From: Candidatus Latescibacterota bacterium
GTDB taxonomy: Bacteria > Latescibacterota > UBA2968 > GCA-2709665
Direction of reading: 5' to 3'
Assembly: GCA_965116875.1 (NCBI GenBank)
Contig: OZ220733.1
Coordinates: 3,840,001-3,904,000 of the forward strand
Length of the DNA: 64,000 bases
In this document: positions 9,200 to 18,280 of the stretch, piece by piece
Layout: each line of letters opens with the position of its first letter
How positions within the stretch are numbered: the stretch's first letter is position 1
The notes under the pieces: generated by a model
What the model was told of the DNA's origin: nothing
Databases searched by the model: none
The model's input: the letters and a program-made list of their open reading frames with translations, nothing else
Made by a program: the position numbers and the translations under genes

Positions 9200-9736
9200 C
9201 TACTTCGGCGCCATGATGACGACGATGTTTCGTCCCTCGTCCCGGATGGGCATTTCGGCCGCGCCGACCTCCTGAAGGTCCTCTTTGGCCCGTTCCAGCA
9301 GTTCTCTGCCCTGCATTCGGTACATATTCTGACGGCCGCGAAATTCCACGGTGATTCTGACCTTGTGCCGATGTTTCAGGAAATTCTCGGCATGGCGTAT
9401 CTTGAATTCGTAATCGTGATCGCTGATCCTGGGACCAAGGCGGATCTCTTTCAGTTGCGATGCGGTCTTCTTGCCTTTCTTCTGCTTTTTGCTCTGCTCA
9501 TACCGGTACTTGCCGTAGTTCATGATCCGGCAGACCGGCGGGCGGGCGTTAGGAGCGACTTCGACAAGGTCCAGATCGGCCTCCATTGCCATTTCCATCG
9601 CCTTCCTGGTTTCTACAATGCCAACCTGTCCGCCGTCTTTGTCGACAAGCCGGATCTGGGGTATACGGATCTGTTCGTTGACGCGGGGCGCTCTTTCCTG
9701 CTTTCGATCTCTGAAGACTCTTGGACCTCTGTTGAT
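9200..9736 (-). CDS. infC: Translation initiation factor IF-3 (non-canonical ATC start)
   Basis: RVNEQIR, DLVEVAPNARPPVCRIMNYGKY, FRGRQ. GGAGGT at 9749-9744 lies 7 nt before an in-frame ATC at 9736. Confidence 0.93.
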   Translation of the reverse strand: MNRGPRVFRDRKQERAPRVNEQIRIPQIRLVDKDGGQVGIVETRKAMEMAMEADLDLVEVAPNARPPVCRIMNYGKYRYEQSKKQKKGKKTASQLKEIRLGPRISDHDYEFKIRHAENFLKHRHKVRITVEFRGRQNMYRMQGRELLERAKEDLQEVGAAEMPIRDEGRNIVVIMAPK

Positions 9737-9785
9737 ACCGATCACCTCCGAATTCAGTCCTGGCCGCTGGCGGGCCTGATTGGAT

Positions 9786-11723
9786 TTACTGGACGCTTTT
9801 CGTCTGGACTTCCGTGTGCATCCTGGCAATGAGGTCAAGCGTGGACATGCTTCCCAGGTCGCCGGCGCCATGCCTGCGGACCGAGATGGACCGCGCATTG
9901 AGTTCCTGCTTCCCCACGATGACCATATAAGGGATTTTCCGGATTTCAGCCTCGCGGATCTTGAAACCGAGCCTGGCATCCTGCGTGTTCAATTCGGCTC
10001 GGAGACCCGCGTTGTTGAGCTGGCTGGCAACCTCGCCGGCATAGTCGGCAAACGGATCGGATACCGGAAGTACGACGGCCTGCACCGGAGCCAGCCAGAG
10101 CGGGAAGTTACCCGCATAGTGTTCGATCAGCAGGCCGAAGAACCGTTCCATGGCCCCCAGAAGGGCGCGATGGACCATGTACGGCCGGTGGAACTTTCCG
10201 TCTGGCCCGACATAGCTGAGGTCGAAACGTTCCGGTAGGTTGAAATCGAACTGTATGGTCGTGCACTGCCATTCCCTGTTGAGGGCATCATTGATCGTCA
10301 CGTCGATCTTCGGACCGTAGAACGCACCGGCGCCTTCGTCGATCCGGTACGGCAGCTTCCGGGTATCGACGGCGCGCTTGAGGGCGTCTGTGGCTCGTTG
10401 CCAGTCTGCCGGATCTCCAACCGCTTTTTCGGGACGTGTTGAGATGTAGACGTTGAAGTCTTCGAAACCGAACGACTTGAGGATGAACAGCGTAAAGTCG
10501 ATCACCCGGGAGACTTCGTCCTCCACCTGATCCGGACGACAGAAGATGTGTGCGTCGTCCTGGGTGAATCCTCGTACCCGTAACAGGCCATGCAGCGTGC
10601 CGACCATCTCGTAGCGGTAGACTGTACCCAGTTCGGCCCAGCGGAAGGGAAGCTCTCTGTAGCTGCGCCTGCGGGATTTGTAGATGAGGCTGTGGAATGG
10701 ACAATTCATCGGTTTGGCGAAATATTCCTGGCCGTCGATGTCCATTGGGGGGTACATGTTCTCGCGAAAGAAATCCAGATGCCCGCTGGTTTCCCAGAGA
10801 CGGGACCTGCCGATATGGGGCGAGCCCACCAGGTCATAGCCGCCGCCGTAATGCGCTTCGCGCCAGAAATCTTCAATCTGGTTCCTGATTCTCGCCCCGT
10901 TGGGGTGCCAGAGAACCAGACCGGGGCCGGCGGTATCGTTGATTGAGAAAAGATCGAGTTGCCCGCCGAGGGTCCGGTGGTCCCTGTTCTTCGCTTCTTC
11001 CAGGTACTCGAGATAGGCGTTGAGGTCTTTCTGTCCCGGAAAGGAAATGCCGTAGATGCGCTGGAGCATTACGTTGTTTTCGTCGCCCCGCCAGTATGCG
11101 CCCGACGAACTCAGCAATTGAACGGCCTTTATCCGGCCGGTGTGGGGAACATGCGGTCCCCGGCAGAGGTCCAGCCACCGGTCGGCATTCCTGTAGATGC
11201 TGATGGTCTCACCGGGTTCGATCTCCTCCAGGATTTCCAGCTTATAGGTCTCGCCTCGTTCCCGGAACAGATCGATCGCGGCCTCGCGGGTGATTTCCTG
11301 GCGCTGGAAGGTCTGGGCTTCCGCGATGATTTTCCGCATTCTGGCTTCGATTCTGCGCAATTCGTCCGGCGTGAACGGCTTCTCCCGATCGAAGTCGTAA
11401 TAGAAGCCATTCTCGATGGGTGGACCCAACGTGACTTTGACGTCCGGAAACAGGTCCTGCACCGCCTGCGCCATAATATGGGCGGTGCTGTGCCAGTACA
11501 CTTCCTTGCCCGCGTCGCTGGAGAAGGTGAGGATTTCCAGTTCGACGTCGTCTTCCAGGGCACAGCTGAGATCCACGGCCCTGCCATTGACCTTGCCCGC
11601 CAGCGCGGCGCGCGCAAGGCCGGAGCCGATGGATTCGGCCACCTGCAGGACGGTGACGCCCACCGGAAAGCCCTTTCGGGAGCCGTCCGGCAGGGTGACG
11701 GTTATGTTGTCTGTTCGGGGCAT
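9786..11723 (-). CDS. thrS: Threonine--tRNA ligase
   Basis: TGS domain (VTLPDGS), HSTAH editing motif, DLCRGPH, KPMNCPFH, GAFYGPK. Start is ATG 11723 or 11750. Confidence 0.97.
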   Translation of the reverse strand: MPRTDNITVTLPDGSRKGFPVGVTVLQVAESIGSGLARAALAGKVNGRAVDLSCALEDDVELEILTFSSDAGKEVYWHSTAHIMAQAVQDLFPDVKVTLGPPIENGFYYDFDREKPFTPDELRRIEARMRKIIAEAQTFQRQEITREAAIDLFRERGETYKLEILEEIEPGETISIYRNADRWLDLCRGPHVPHTGRIKAVQLLSSSGAYWRGDENNVMLQRIYGISFPGQKDLNAYLEYLEEAKNRDHRTLGGQLDLFSINDTAGPGLVLWHPNGARIRNQIEDFWREAHYGGGYDLVGSPHIGRSRLWETSGHLDFFRENMYPPMDIDGQEYFAKPMNCPFHSLIYKSRRRSYRELPFRWAELGTVYRYEMVGTLHGLLRVRGFTQDDAHIFCRPDQVEDEVSRVIDFTLFILKSFGFEDFNVYISTRPEKAVGDPADWQRATDALKRAVDTRKLPYRIDEGAGAFYGPKIDVTINDALNREWQCTTIQFDFNLPERFDLSYVGPDGKFHRPYMVHRALLGAMERFFGLLIEHYAGNFPLWLAPVQAVVLPVSDPFADYAGEVASQLNNAGLRAELNTQDARLGFKIREAEIRKIPYMVIVGKQELNARSISVRRHGAGDLGSMSTLDLIARMHTEVQTKSVQ

Positions 11724-11875
11724 CGGATCTGGCGTTCTCAGGACTGACATGGAGATTCGGCAAAGCAGTGAATCACGACAAACGGATGCCATTCCGGAAT
11801 GGAGAGGCACGGGCGCATCGCGAGTGCCGGCGCGATCCGCGACGTCGGATTTCGTTCCTGTACGAAAATCTGAAT

Positions 11876-11909
11876 AATAAAAAAACGCGCGACTCCTCTA
11901 CTTGCGCGT
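11876..11909 (-). terminator. Intrinsic-terminator-like hairpin in the thrS leader
   Basis: Minus strand ACGCGC-N13-GCGCGT followed by a T run, between the 12030 promoter and thrS. Confidence 0.5.
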
Positions 11910-12001
11910 GGTATTCAGCAAAGCACCTGGTGACAAACGATCCCTTCCGCTGACACTCCTCCGCAAGCAGGTTGATGGGCTTAAACTCAAAACATCAGAC
12001 A

Positions 12002-12030
12002 AATTTATACGATCCTGAAAGGGTTGTCAA
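12002..12030 (-). promoter_or_regulatory. Sigma70-type promoter for the thrS-infC-rpmI-rplT leader
   Basis: TTGACA-N17-TAAATT on the minus strand. Confidence 0.7.
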
Positions 12031-12160
12031 GCGAAAACTCCTGTTTCCGCGGCCCATATCAGCGCGATTTCGTGGCACGCGAACGGCCCGTCCGGTCCGG
12101 TGTTTCCGGTTCCGGCTCCCGCACTTCCACGCCGCCGGGTTCGCGGCGCCCGCGCCGTCG

Positions 12161-12793
12161 TTACGGGAGGTCGAGCATTTTGTGGATCCTGCAGGAAAGC
12201 CGCCATGCGGGGTGCCGTTTGAGGACGTCGATGGCCTTCCTGATGTATTCAGGTTTGCTCGACTCGGGCTGGAGGTAGACATAATCGGCACGTTCTTCCG
12301 CGACCATGTCTTCCTCAAAGTGTTTTCCGACCACGTACTTGAGCTCCGTAATGTAGCGTAGGCCCCCGGCGATGGACTTTCTCTTGGGAGAGACGGTCCA
12401 GTGTTCGATGAGGTTGTAGAGGTCCGGGTGCGGATCGATCGCGCCGTTCGTCTCGATGTGAATACGGTAGTCTCCGGACCGGAGTTCCCGGCAGAGCGGC
12501 CCGATGTTCTGGCCCAGGGGTTCTCCGCCGGTGAGGCAGACCCATGAGGCGGAATAGCGGCCGACTTCCGCCAGGATTTCGCCGATATCGAGTTCGGTGT
12601 ACGTATCGAATTCGGTGTCACAGAAAAAGCAGCGCAGATTGCATCTGGCGAGGCGCACGAAGGTGGTGGGCTGCCCGACGCGCAGGCCTTCTCCTTCTAT
12701 GGAGTAGAAGATCTCGTTCACCTGCAGCGTCCGGCCGTCTTCGCGCCACAGCGGCATCCGGTCGGGGTTCGCAAGCGGGATACCTTCCAGCAT
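12161..12793 (-). CDS. queE: 7-carboxy-7-deazaguanine synthase QueE (radical SAM)
   Basis: EIFYSIEGEG, FVRLARCNLRCFFCDT, TGGEP, IETNG, TVSPK motifs. Confidence 0.9.
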   Translation of the reverse strand: MLEGIPLANPDRMPLWREDGRTLQVNEIFYSIEGEGLRVGQPTTFVRLARCNLRCFFCDTEFDTYTELDIGEILAEVGRYSASWVCLTGGEPLGQNIGPLCRELRSGDYRIHIETNGAIDPHPDLYNLIEHWTVSPKRKSIAGGLRYITELKYVVGKHFEEDMVAEERADYVYLQPESSKPEYIRKAIDVLKRHPAWRLSCRIHKMLDLP

Positions 12794-13053
12794 GTCGGGG
12801 TCTCTGGGGGTCAGGACGGGCTCCGGGTGTCAGGCGAAACGGGAATGATTCGAGCGCATTTGAAATAATGGAAAACCGGGACATGAGACAAGGAAAATCC
12901 TTGACATCGTCCACCGCCGCTCGAATATTGTCGCCCGTACGGAGCATCCAAAAGGGAGCGCGCCGGTTTTTTTTGTGTAAATCACATGGCGCCCGGGTTT
13001 CCGATGGATCCTCTCCACGGTTGCGTTCCACGGCGTTACTGAAGGGTTTTCGT

Positions 13054-13734
13054 GTGACAGATCGAACCTATGATGCCGTAATCTTCGACGTCGATGGCGT
13101 AATCGTGGATTCAGAAACGGTTTACTGCGAGACATTCAACGCGACGCTGGGAGACTACGGCGCCGGGATGAGCCGGGAGGACTATGCGGTCTGCGTGGGC
13201 CATCCCGTGGAGGAAAACAGCGCGTACGCCGTGGAACGATACGGGCTGGACGTGGCGCCCGCCGTGTTCCGCGAGATCTGGATGGATCGATTCGAGCGTG
13301 CGATCTCCAATCCCGACCGGGTGTTGCCGATACCGGGTATTCCGGAGCTTCTGGCGCACGTCCGGGATCGCGGTTATCCGCTGGCGGTGGCGTCGTCCAC
13401 GCAGCGGGAACGGATGATGAAGACGCTGCACAGCGGCCTGCTGTCCAGAATGGACGACGTGCGCGACCTGGCCGAGCTGTTCGACGTGACGTTGTCAGGC
13501 AGCGACGTGGAACGCCTGAAACCGGCGCCTGACATCTATCTGTCAGCGGCCGGGAAGTTGAAGGTCGAACCGGGTCGATGTGCGGTCATCGAAGACAGCG
13601 AGGCGGGCGTCAAAGCCGGAAAGGCCGCGGGGATGACGGTGTTCGCGGTGCCGAATTTCTTCACCGCGCGTCAGCGGCACGAAATGGCCGATTTCATTCT
13701 GGGCGGGTTATCGGAATTGAAGCGATATCTTTAG
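13054..13734 (+). CDS. HAD-family phosphatase (beta-PGM-like)
   Basis: IFDVDGVIVDSE, VASST, KPAPDIY, IEDS motifs. Start trimmed to GTG 13054. Confidence 0.9.
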   Translation: MTDRTYDAVIFDVDGVIVDSETVYCETFNATLGDYGAGMSREDYAVCVGHPVEENSAYAVERYGLDVAPAVFREIWMDRFERAISNPDRVLPIPGIPELLAHVRDRGYPLAVASSTQRERMMKTLHSGLLSRMDDVRDLAELFDVTLSGSDVERLKPAPDIYLSAAGKLKVEPGRCAVIEDSEAGVKAGKAAGMTVFAVPNFFTARQRHEMADFILGGLSELKRYL

Positions 13735-13779
13735 CCCGCGGCGATCCCGCGTCCGGAGCCGGAGTTTCGGTCCGGTCGG

Positions 13780-14502
13780 TCATGCGCAGGTCTCCGCGTT
13801 GTCTTCGGGGGCGTAGCCCAGCTCCTCGCGGGCGTTTCGGAGGTCCCAGTACGCGCGGGTATTGTTCGATATGCCGTAATAGATACCGAAATGGACGTCG
13901 GTCTCGATGCTGCAGCGCACGAGTTGAACGGTATCGCGGTGGCTGAGCCAGGACGCGAGGATCCGGTCGCTCGTGCGGTTGATGACCGAGTCGTCGGGCT
14001 GAAACGACCCGATCCGCAGGCAGATCACAGAAAGCCCGAACGCGTCCGCATAATAACGCCCCAGGTCCTCGCCGTACGCCTTGCTGGCCCCGTAGAAGCT
14101 GTCCGGCCGCGCGTTCACCTCGGTCGTGATACCGATGCCGTTTTTTTCGTAATATCCGGTAACGTGGTTGCTGCTGGCAAACACGACCCGTCCGACGCCC
14201 GTCCTGCGCGCCGCTTCGTAAACGGTGTAGGTTCCACGGATATTCGCTTCGAGGATTTCTTCGAAAGAAGCGCTCCCGTTGGGATTTCCGGCCATGTGGA
14301 CCACGGCATCCACACCCTTCACCGCCGCGATGACCCGGTCCAAATCGGTTATGCTCGAAACATGCACCTCTTCGCCGGGACGGGCCGGGAGGATGGTATT
14401 GTGATACAGCAGTCTGAGGCGGTAGTCGTCCTTCAAACCCTCCCGCAGGACCCGTCCGATTCTGCCGGCGGCGCCGGTGATGAGGATTTTCCTTTTCGGC
14501 AC
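13780..14502 (-). CDS. NAD-dependent epimerase/dehydrogenase (uronate dehydrogenase-like SDR)
   Basis: TGAAGRIG, FASSNH, YGASK and CLRIGSF..WLS motifs. GTG start at 14502. Confidence 0.85.
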   Translation of the reverse strand: MPKRKILITGAAGRIGRVLREGLKDDYRLRLLYHNTILPARPGEEVHVSSITDLDRVIAAVKGVDAVVHMAGNPNGSASFEEILEANIRGTYTVYEAARRTGVGRVVFASSNHVTGYYEKNGIGITTEVNARPDSFYGASKAYGEDLGRYYADAFGLSVICLRIGSFQPDDSVINRTSDRILASWLSHRDTVQLVRCSIETDVHFGIYYGISNNTRAYWDLRNAREELGYAPEDNAETCA

Positions 14503-14589
14503 GTTACACCTTTCGTCTGAACCGTGAGTCGGTACCGGTTGCCTGCGCGGCTTCCACGACAACGGCGGGTGCGCAACCCGGACAGGACG

Positions 14590-15426
14590 TCACAACGGCG
14601 TGACACCGGCCCACTCGGGAAGGAGCCTGGCGGCATTGTTCCAGAGGATGTCCCTTTTGGTCGCATCGGAAAGATCGGCGCCCAGGGTTTTTCCGAGGCA
14701 TTGGCCGAAGAGGCGAACCGGCAGATCCGACGCGAAGACGACGCGACGGCCTCCCAGCGCGCCAACGGCGGCGTCGACGATTCCCGCCTCAGGATCCCCG
14801 CCGCCGGTGTCCACCACCAGATTCGGGCAGTCCGCGACGTGCTCGATTCCCCGGAGCCCGCATCCGTTCAGATGGGCCATGATGATCCTGGCGCCGGGGT
14901 GCCTCCGCGCCAGGCTGGCCACGTCCTGCGGAAACGACTCGCCGGGCAGGTTGCCCGTGGTCTTGTCCCACGCGTGCTGCAGAACGGGTACGTCGAGGTC
15001 GACGGCGCGCTGCATGATCGGGTCCAGGCCGGCATCGGTGGCCCGGCGCGCCACCCACAGCTTGATTCCGCACATGCGCTCTTCAACGATGCACCGGTTG
15101 ATCTCATCGACGGACGCGTCGGGCCAGGCGGGATTGACGTAGCAGAAGGGAAGAAAGGCATCAGGGGCCTCATCGCGCATTCGCAGATTGTAGTCGTTGC
15201 CGTCCCGGCAGTGTCGCATCGCGGGGTCGTGGAGGCGGCTGCCGGCGCCCGATTCCGGATGCAGCAGAAAGATGCACATCTTCGTAATCCCCGCGCGTCC
15301 GGCGGCGTCGAGGATCCTCCTGGCGTCGGCCTTTACGGATGCCGCCCCCGTGCCGAGCGGGTGGACGTGCACGTCCAGCACGTCGCAGGGCGGCTTGAGT
15401 CTCTCTCTCAACGTGGTCAGGTTCAC
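14590..15426 (-). CDS. Amidohydrolase_2-family metallohydrolase
   Basis: DVHVH, GIKLW, LQHAW, IMAH, FASD motifs. The ORF-track extension runs into a MITE, so the start is trimmed to GTG 15426. Confidence 0.85.
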   Translation of the reverse strand: MNLTTLRERLKPPCDVLDVHVHPLGTGAASVKADARRILDAAGRAGITKMCIFLLHPESGAGSRLHDPAMRHCRDGNDYNLRMRDEAPDAFLPFCYVNPAWPDASVDEINRCIVEERMCGIKLWVARRATDAGLDPIMQRAVDLDVPVLQHAWDKTTGNLPGESFPQDVASLARRHPGARIIMAHLNGCGLRGIEHVADCPNLVVDTGGGDPEAGIVDAAVGALGGRRVVFASDLPVRLFGQCLGKTLGADLSDATKRDILWNNAARLLPEWAGVTPL

Positions 15427-15430
15427 TCTA

Positions 15431-15592
15431 ACAGTCCCTTGATAAAGCCCATCCGGGCTACGGCCGGCCCTTGCGGTCGAAATACTGCGTTGCGCTCCCT
15501 CGCCGAATCGCAAGATGGGACTCGGTTGCGCGCCTTGTCTTCGCCCGCAATGGCTCGGCCTCGCCTGCAGAGCGACTTTATCAACGGACTGC
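15431..15592. mobile_element. MITE-like repeat family A, full length (162 bp)
   Basis: Imperfect ~19-bp terminal inverted repeats flanked by TA on both sides; nearly identical to 33914-34075. Confidence 0.85.
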
Positions 15593-15602
15593 TAAAACCC
15601 CG

Positions 15603-16355
15603 TTACCAGTTGACGATTCGCCCGGCGTTGCCCCCCAGGATGGCGGCCGCGTCGTCGTCTGAGAGATCGGTGACGACCCGCGAAATCGCGGAATAGGGGA
15701 TGAAGAGCGGCGCATGAGAGCCGAACAGCAATTTGTCTCTCAGCCCGTCTTCCACCAGCACCTTTACGGCATCCATCCCGTCCGACTGGGAGACGTCCGC
15801 GTAGAGGTTGGGGAGCTCCAGGATCCTGTCTTTCAGCGCTCTGACTTCACCCGTGCGCGGCCCTCCCATGATGATGAGAAGGCCGGGATGGCGCTTTGCG
15901 GCGTCCGCGATTTCGGCCGCGGGCACATCGGGTACCCGTGCGAGTGGATGCTGCCTTCGCGGGTCTTCGAGCCGCGTCTGCACGATAACGCCGAGACCGG
16001 CCTGGGCGAGGGACCCGAACAGGTCGGACGCGAAATCCAGATCGTACCCGCAATAGGCGGGAAGGAGTTTGACCAGGCGGACCCGGGGCTGCTCCTTCGC
16101 CCGCTCGAGTTCGTCGCGCCAGGTGGCGATGGTCGGATCCAGAACGGGCACGGGCCAGACGTCGCCGGTCGCGCTGGAAGCGTCGTAGAGACCGGCATTG
16201 AATCGATGCGGATTGCGGCACCACGCGGCGTCGAGGGGCGAAACGCACATGCGTTCCACGCCGAATTCCCCGAGGGAGGCGCGAACGGAATCCAGGGCGC
16301 CGTCCACGGGATGGGTGGGCCAGTGTCCGGTGTAGGCGTTGACGTCGATGATCAT
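15603..16355 (-). CDS. Amidohydrolase-family protein, divergent metal site
   Basis: MIIDVNAYTGHWP (NxY in place of HxH), EDPRRQHP, LLFGSHAP. ATG at 16355 with GGAG RBS. Confidence 0.8.
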   Translation of the reverse strand: MIIDVNAYTGHWPTHPVDGALDSVRASLGEFGVERMCVSPLDAAWCRNPHRFNAGLYDASSATGDVWPVPVLDPTIATWRDELERAKEQPRVRLVKLLPAYCGYDLDFASDLFGSLAQAGLGVIVQTRLEDPRRQHPLARVPDVPAAEIADAAKRHPGLLIIMGGPRTGEVRALKDRILELPNLYADVSQSDGMDAVKVLVEDGLRDKLLFGSHAPLFIPYSAISRVVTDLSDDDAAAILGGNAGRIVNW

Positions 16356-16417
16356 GTCGTTCTCTCCGTCGCAGATCGATTTCATTTTGTACGACTCAGG
16401 CCCGCCGCAACGATCGA

Positions 16418-17251
16418 TCAGAGGGTCCGGACGCCGGACCACGCCGGCAGAAGGCGGGCGGTGTTGTTCCAGAGGATCTCCTTCCTTACGGTCTCCGGAA
16501 GGTCGGTTCCGAGCGTCTTGCCGAGTTGCACGCCGAAGTGGCGGATGGGAGCGTCGGACCCGAAGACGATGCGTTCGGGACCGATGGTTGACGCAGCCGC
16601 TTCGACGATGCCGCTGTCCGGGTCCCCTCCCGAGGTATCGACGTAGATGTTCGGGCAGTCCGCCACGTCTTCCATGCCCGCAAGCCCGCAGCCATTCATG
16701 TGGGCCATGATGAGTTTGGCCTCCGGGTGGCGCCGCGCCAGGTGAGCCACGTCGGCCGGAAAGGATTCGCCCACAAGATTGCCGTCCGTCTTGATCCACG
16801 CGTGCTGAAGCACCGGAACGCCGAATTGTACCGCGCGTTCCAGAATGGGGTCCAGGCCCGGATCGGTGGCGCGGCGCGCGACCCACAGCTTGATTCCGCA
16901 CATGCGCTCGTTTTCGATGCAGCGGTCGATTTCCGCAACGGATTCGGCGGGGTACATCGGGTTCACGTAACAGAAGGGAATGAAGACATCCGGCGCGAGA
17001 TCACGCATCGCCAGAGCATAATCGTTCGCCAGCCTGAATTCTTCAACCGACGGTTCTCTCGGGCAGGTCGTGTACAGTGAGAACAGGCACATCTTTTCCA
17101 CCCCCGCGCGCGCGGCGGAATCGATTATGAGGCGCGCGTCCTGCCGGGCGTCGGCGATCCTGTAAAGACCGAAACAGTCCAGCGGATGCACGTGGACGTC
17201 CAGGGCGGGGCAGGCCGGCTTCAGGCGGTCCATCAGTACGGAAGGCGTCAT
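16418..17251 (-). CDS. Amidohydrolase_2-family metallohydrolase (paralogue of 14590..15426)
   Basis: DVHVH, ERMCGIKLWVARRATD, GESFP, FGSD. ATG at 17251 after AGGAG. Confidence 0.85.
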   Translation of the reverse strand: MTPSVLMDRLKPACPALDVHVHPLDCFGLYRIADARQDARLIIDSAARAGVEKMCLFSLYTTCPREPSVEEFRLANDYALAMRDLAPDVFIPFCYVNPMYPAESVAEIDRCIENERMCGIKLWVARRATDPGLDPILERAVQFGVPVLQHAWIKTDGNLVGESFPADVAHLARRHPEAKLIMAHMNGCGLAGMEDVADCPNIYVDTSGGDPDSGIVEAAASTIGPERIVFGSDAPIRHFGVQLGKTLGTDLPETVRKEILWNNTARLLPAWSGVRTL

Positions 17252-17445
17252 CGCACGTCTCCTGGATAAGGGGATTCGCACATGCAGGAACCCATCGGCA
17301 CGGGTGTTTTTCAGGATAACTCCTTGCCCCTGCAACCCATCCTATATATAATTAACCCTGGACTGAATGTCAGCAGATTTCGGCCAGGCCGGTGAAGCAA
17401 CCGGAGGGGATGTCCGGTGATCCGGACCCCGTCCCGGGGAGGAAG

Positions 17446-18198
17446 ATGAAAGCGATCGTTATTGCGGCGGGTTACGCCACGCGGCTCTACCCCCTTACGC
17501 TGAATTTTCCGAAGGGGCTCCTCGAGGTGGGCGGGCGCGCGATCGTGGACTATCTGATGGACCAGATCGAGTCCGTACCCGACGTTGACGGGGTGTATCT
17601 GGTAACCAACAGCCGGTTCGCAGGCCATTACGGCCGGTGGGCGGCCGGGCGGAACGGTCGCCTGGACATCGACGTGATCGACGACGGGACCACGTCCAAC
17701 GAGAACCGTCTGGGTGCGGTGGGGGACATCCGGTTCGCCATTCGGACGCGGGACATTTCAGATGATGTCCTGGTATGCGGCTCCGACAATCTGTTTCAGT
17801 TTCGCCTTACGGACCTGGTGGCGGACTTCCGCGCGAATCCGGCAGCCCACATCTGTGTATGTCACGTGGACGACCCGGAGGACCGCCGCCGGCGCGGCAT
17901 TGCAGTTCTGAATGCGGAAAACCGGGTGGTCAGGTTCGACGAAAAGCCCGAAGTCCCGGAGTCGTCCTGGGGTTCGGCCGCTTTCTACGTCTACCCGGCG
18001 TCCACGTTGAAGCGGTTCGACGAATACATCGAGAGCGGCCGGACGCCGGATGCGCCCGGCCACTTCGTGGAATGGCTCTGTCACGCGGAACCCGTGTATG
18101 CGCACAGGCTTCGCGGAACGGCAATCGATATCGGAAATCCCGAGACCCTGGAGCGGGCGAGACGTGAGTACGAGAAAAAGGTCGACGGTAGACGGTAG
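17446..18198 (+). CDS. Sugar-phosphate nucleotidyltransferase family protein
   Basis: MKAIVIAAGYATRLYPLT..PK, DEKP, DIG motifs; GGAGG RBS. Confidence 0.9.
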   Translation: MKAIVIAAGYATRLYPLTLNFPKGLLEVGGRAIVDYLMDQIESVPDVDGVYLVTNSRFAGHYGRWAAGRNGRLDIDVIDDGTTSNENRLGAVGDIRFAIRTRDISDDVLVCGSDNLFQFRLTDLVADFRANPAAHICVCHVDDPEDRRRRGIAVLNAENRVVRFDEKPEVPESSWGSAAFYVYPASTLKRFDEYIESGRTPDAPGHFVEWLCHAEPVYAHRLRGTAIDIGNPETLERARREYEKKVDGRR

Positions 18199-18280
18199 AG
18201 GCGAGAGGTCCATACCACACCCAACCGGTCTCGCGCTCCCGTTCGCGATGAATTCCCTTTCTTAATCAATAGGTTCAAGG

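Noticed and set aside
12930-12990. Possible preQ1 riboswitch upstream of queE (A-rich run followed by CCGG on the minus strand)
   Set aside because: The preceding stem-loop lacks the GGUUC-type loop and proper size, and it is about 150 nt from the start.
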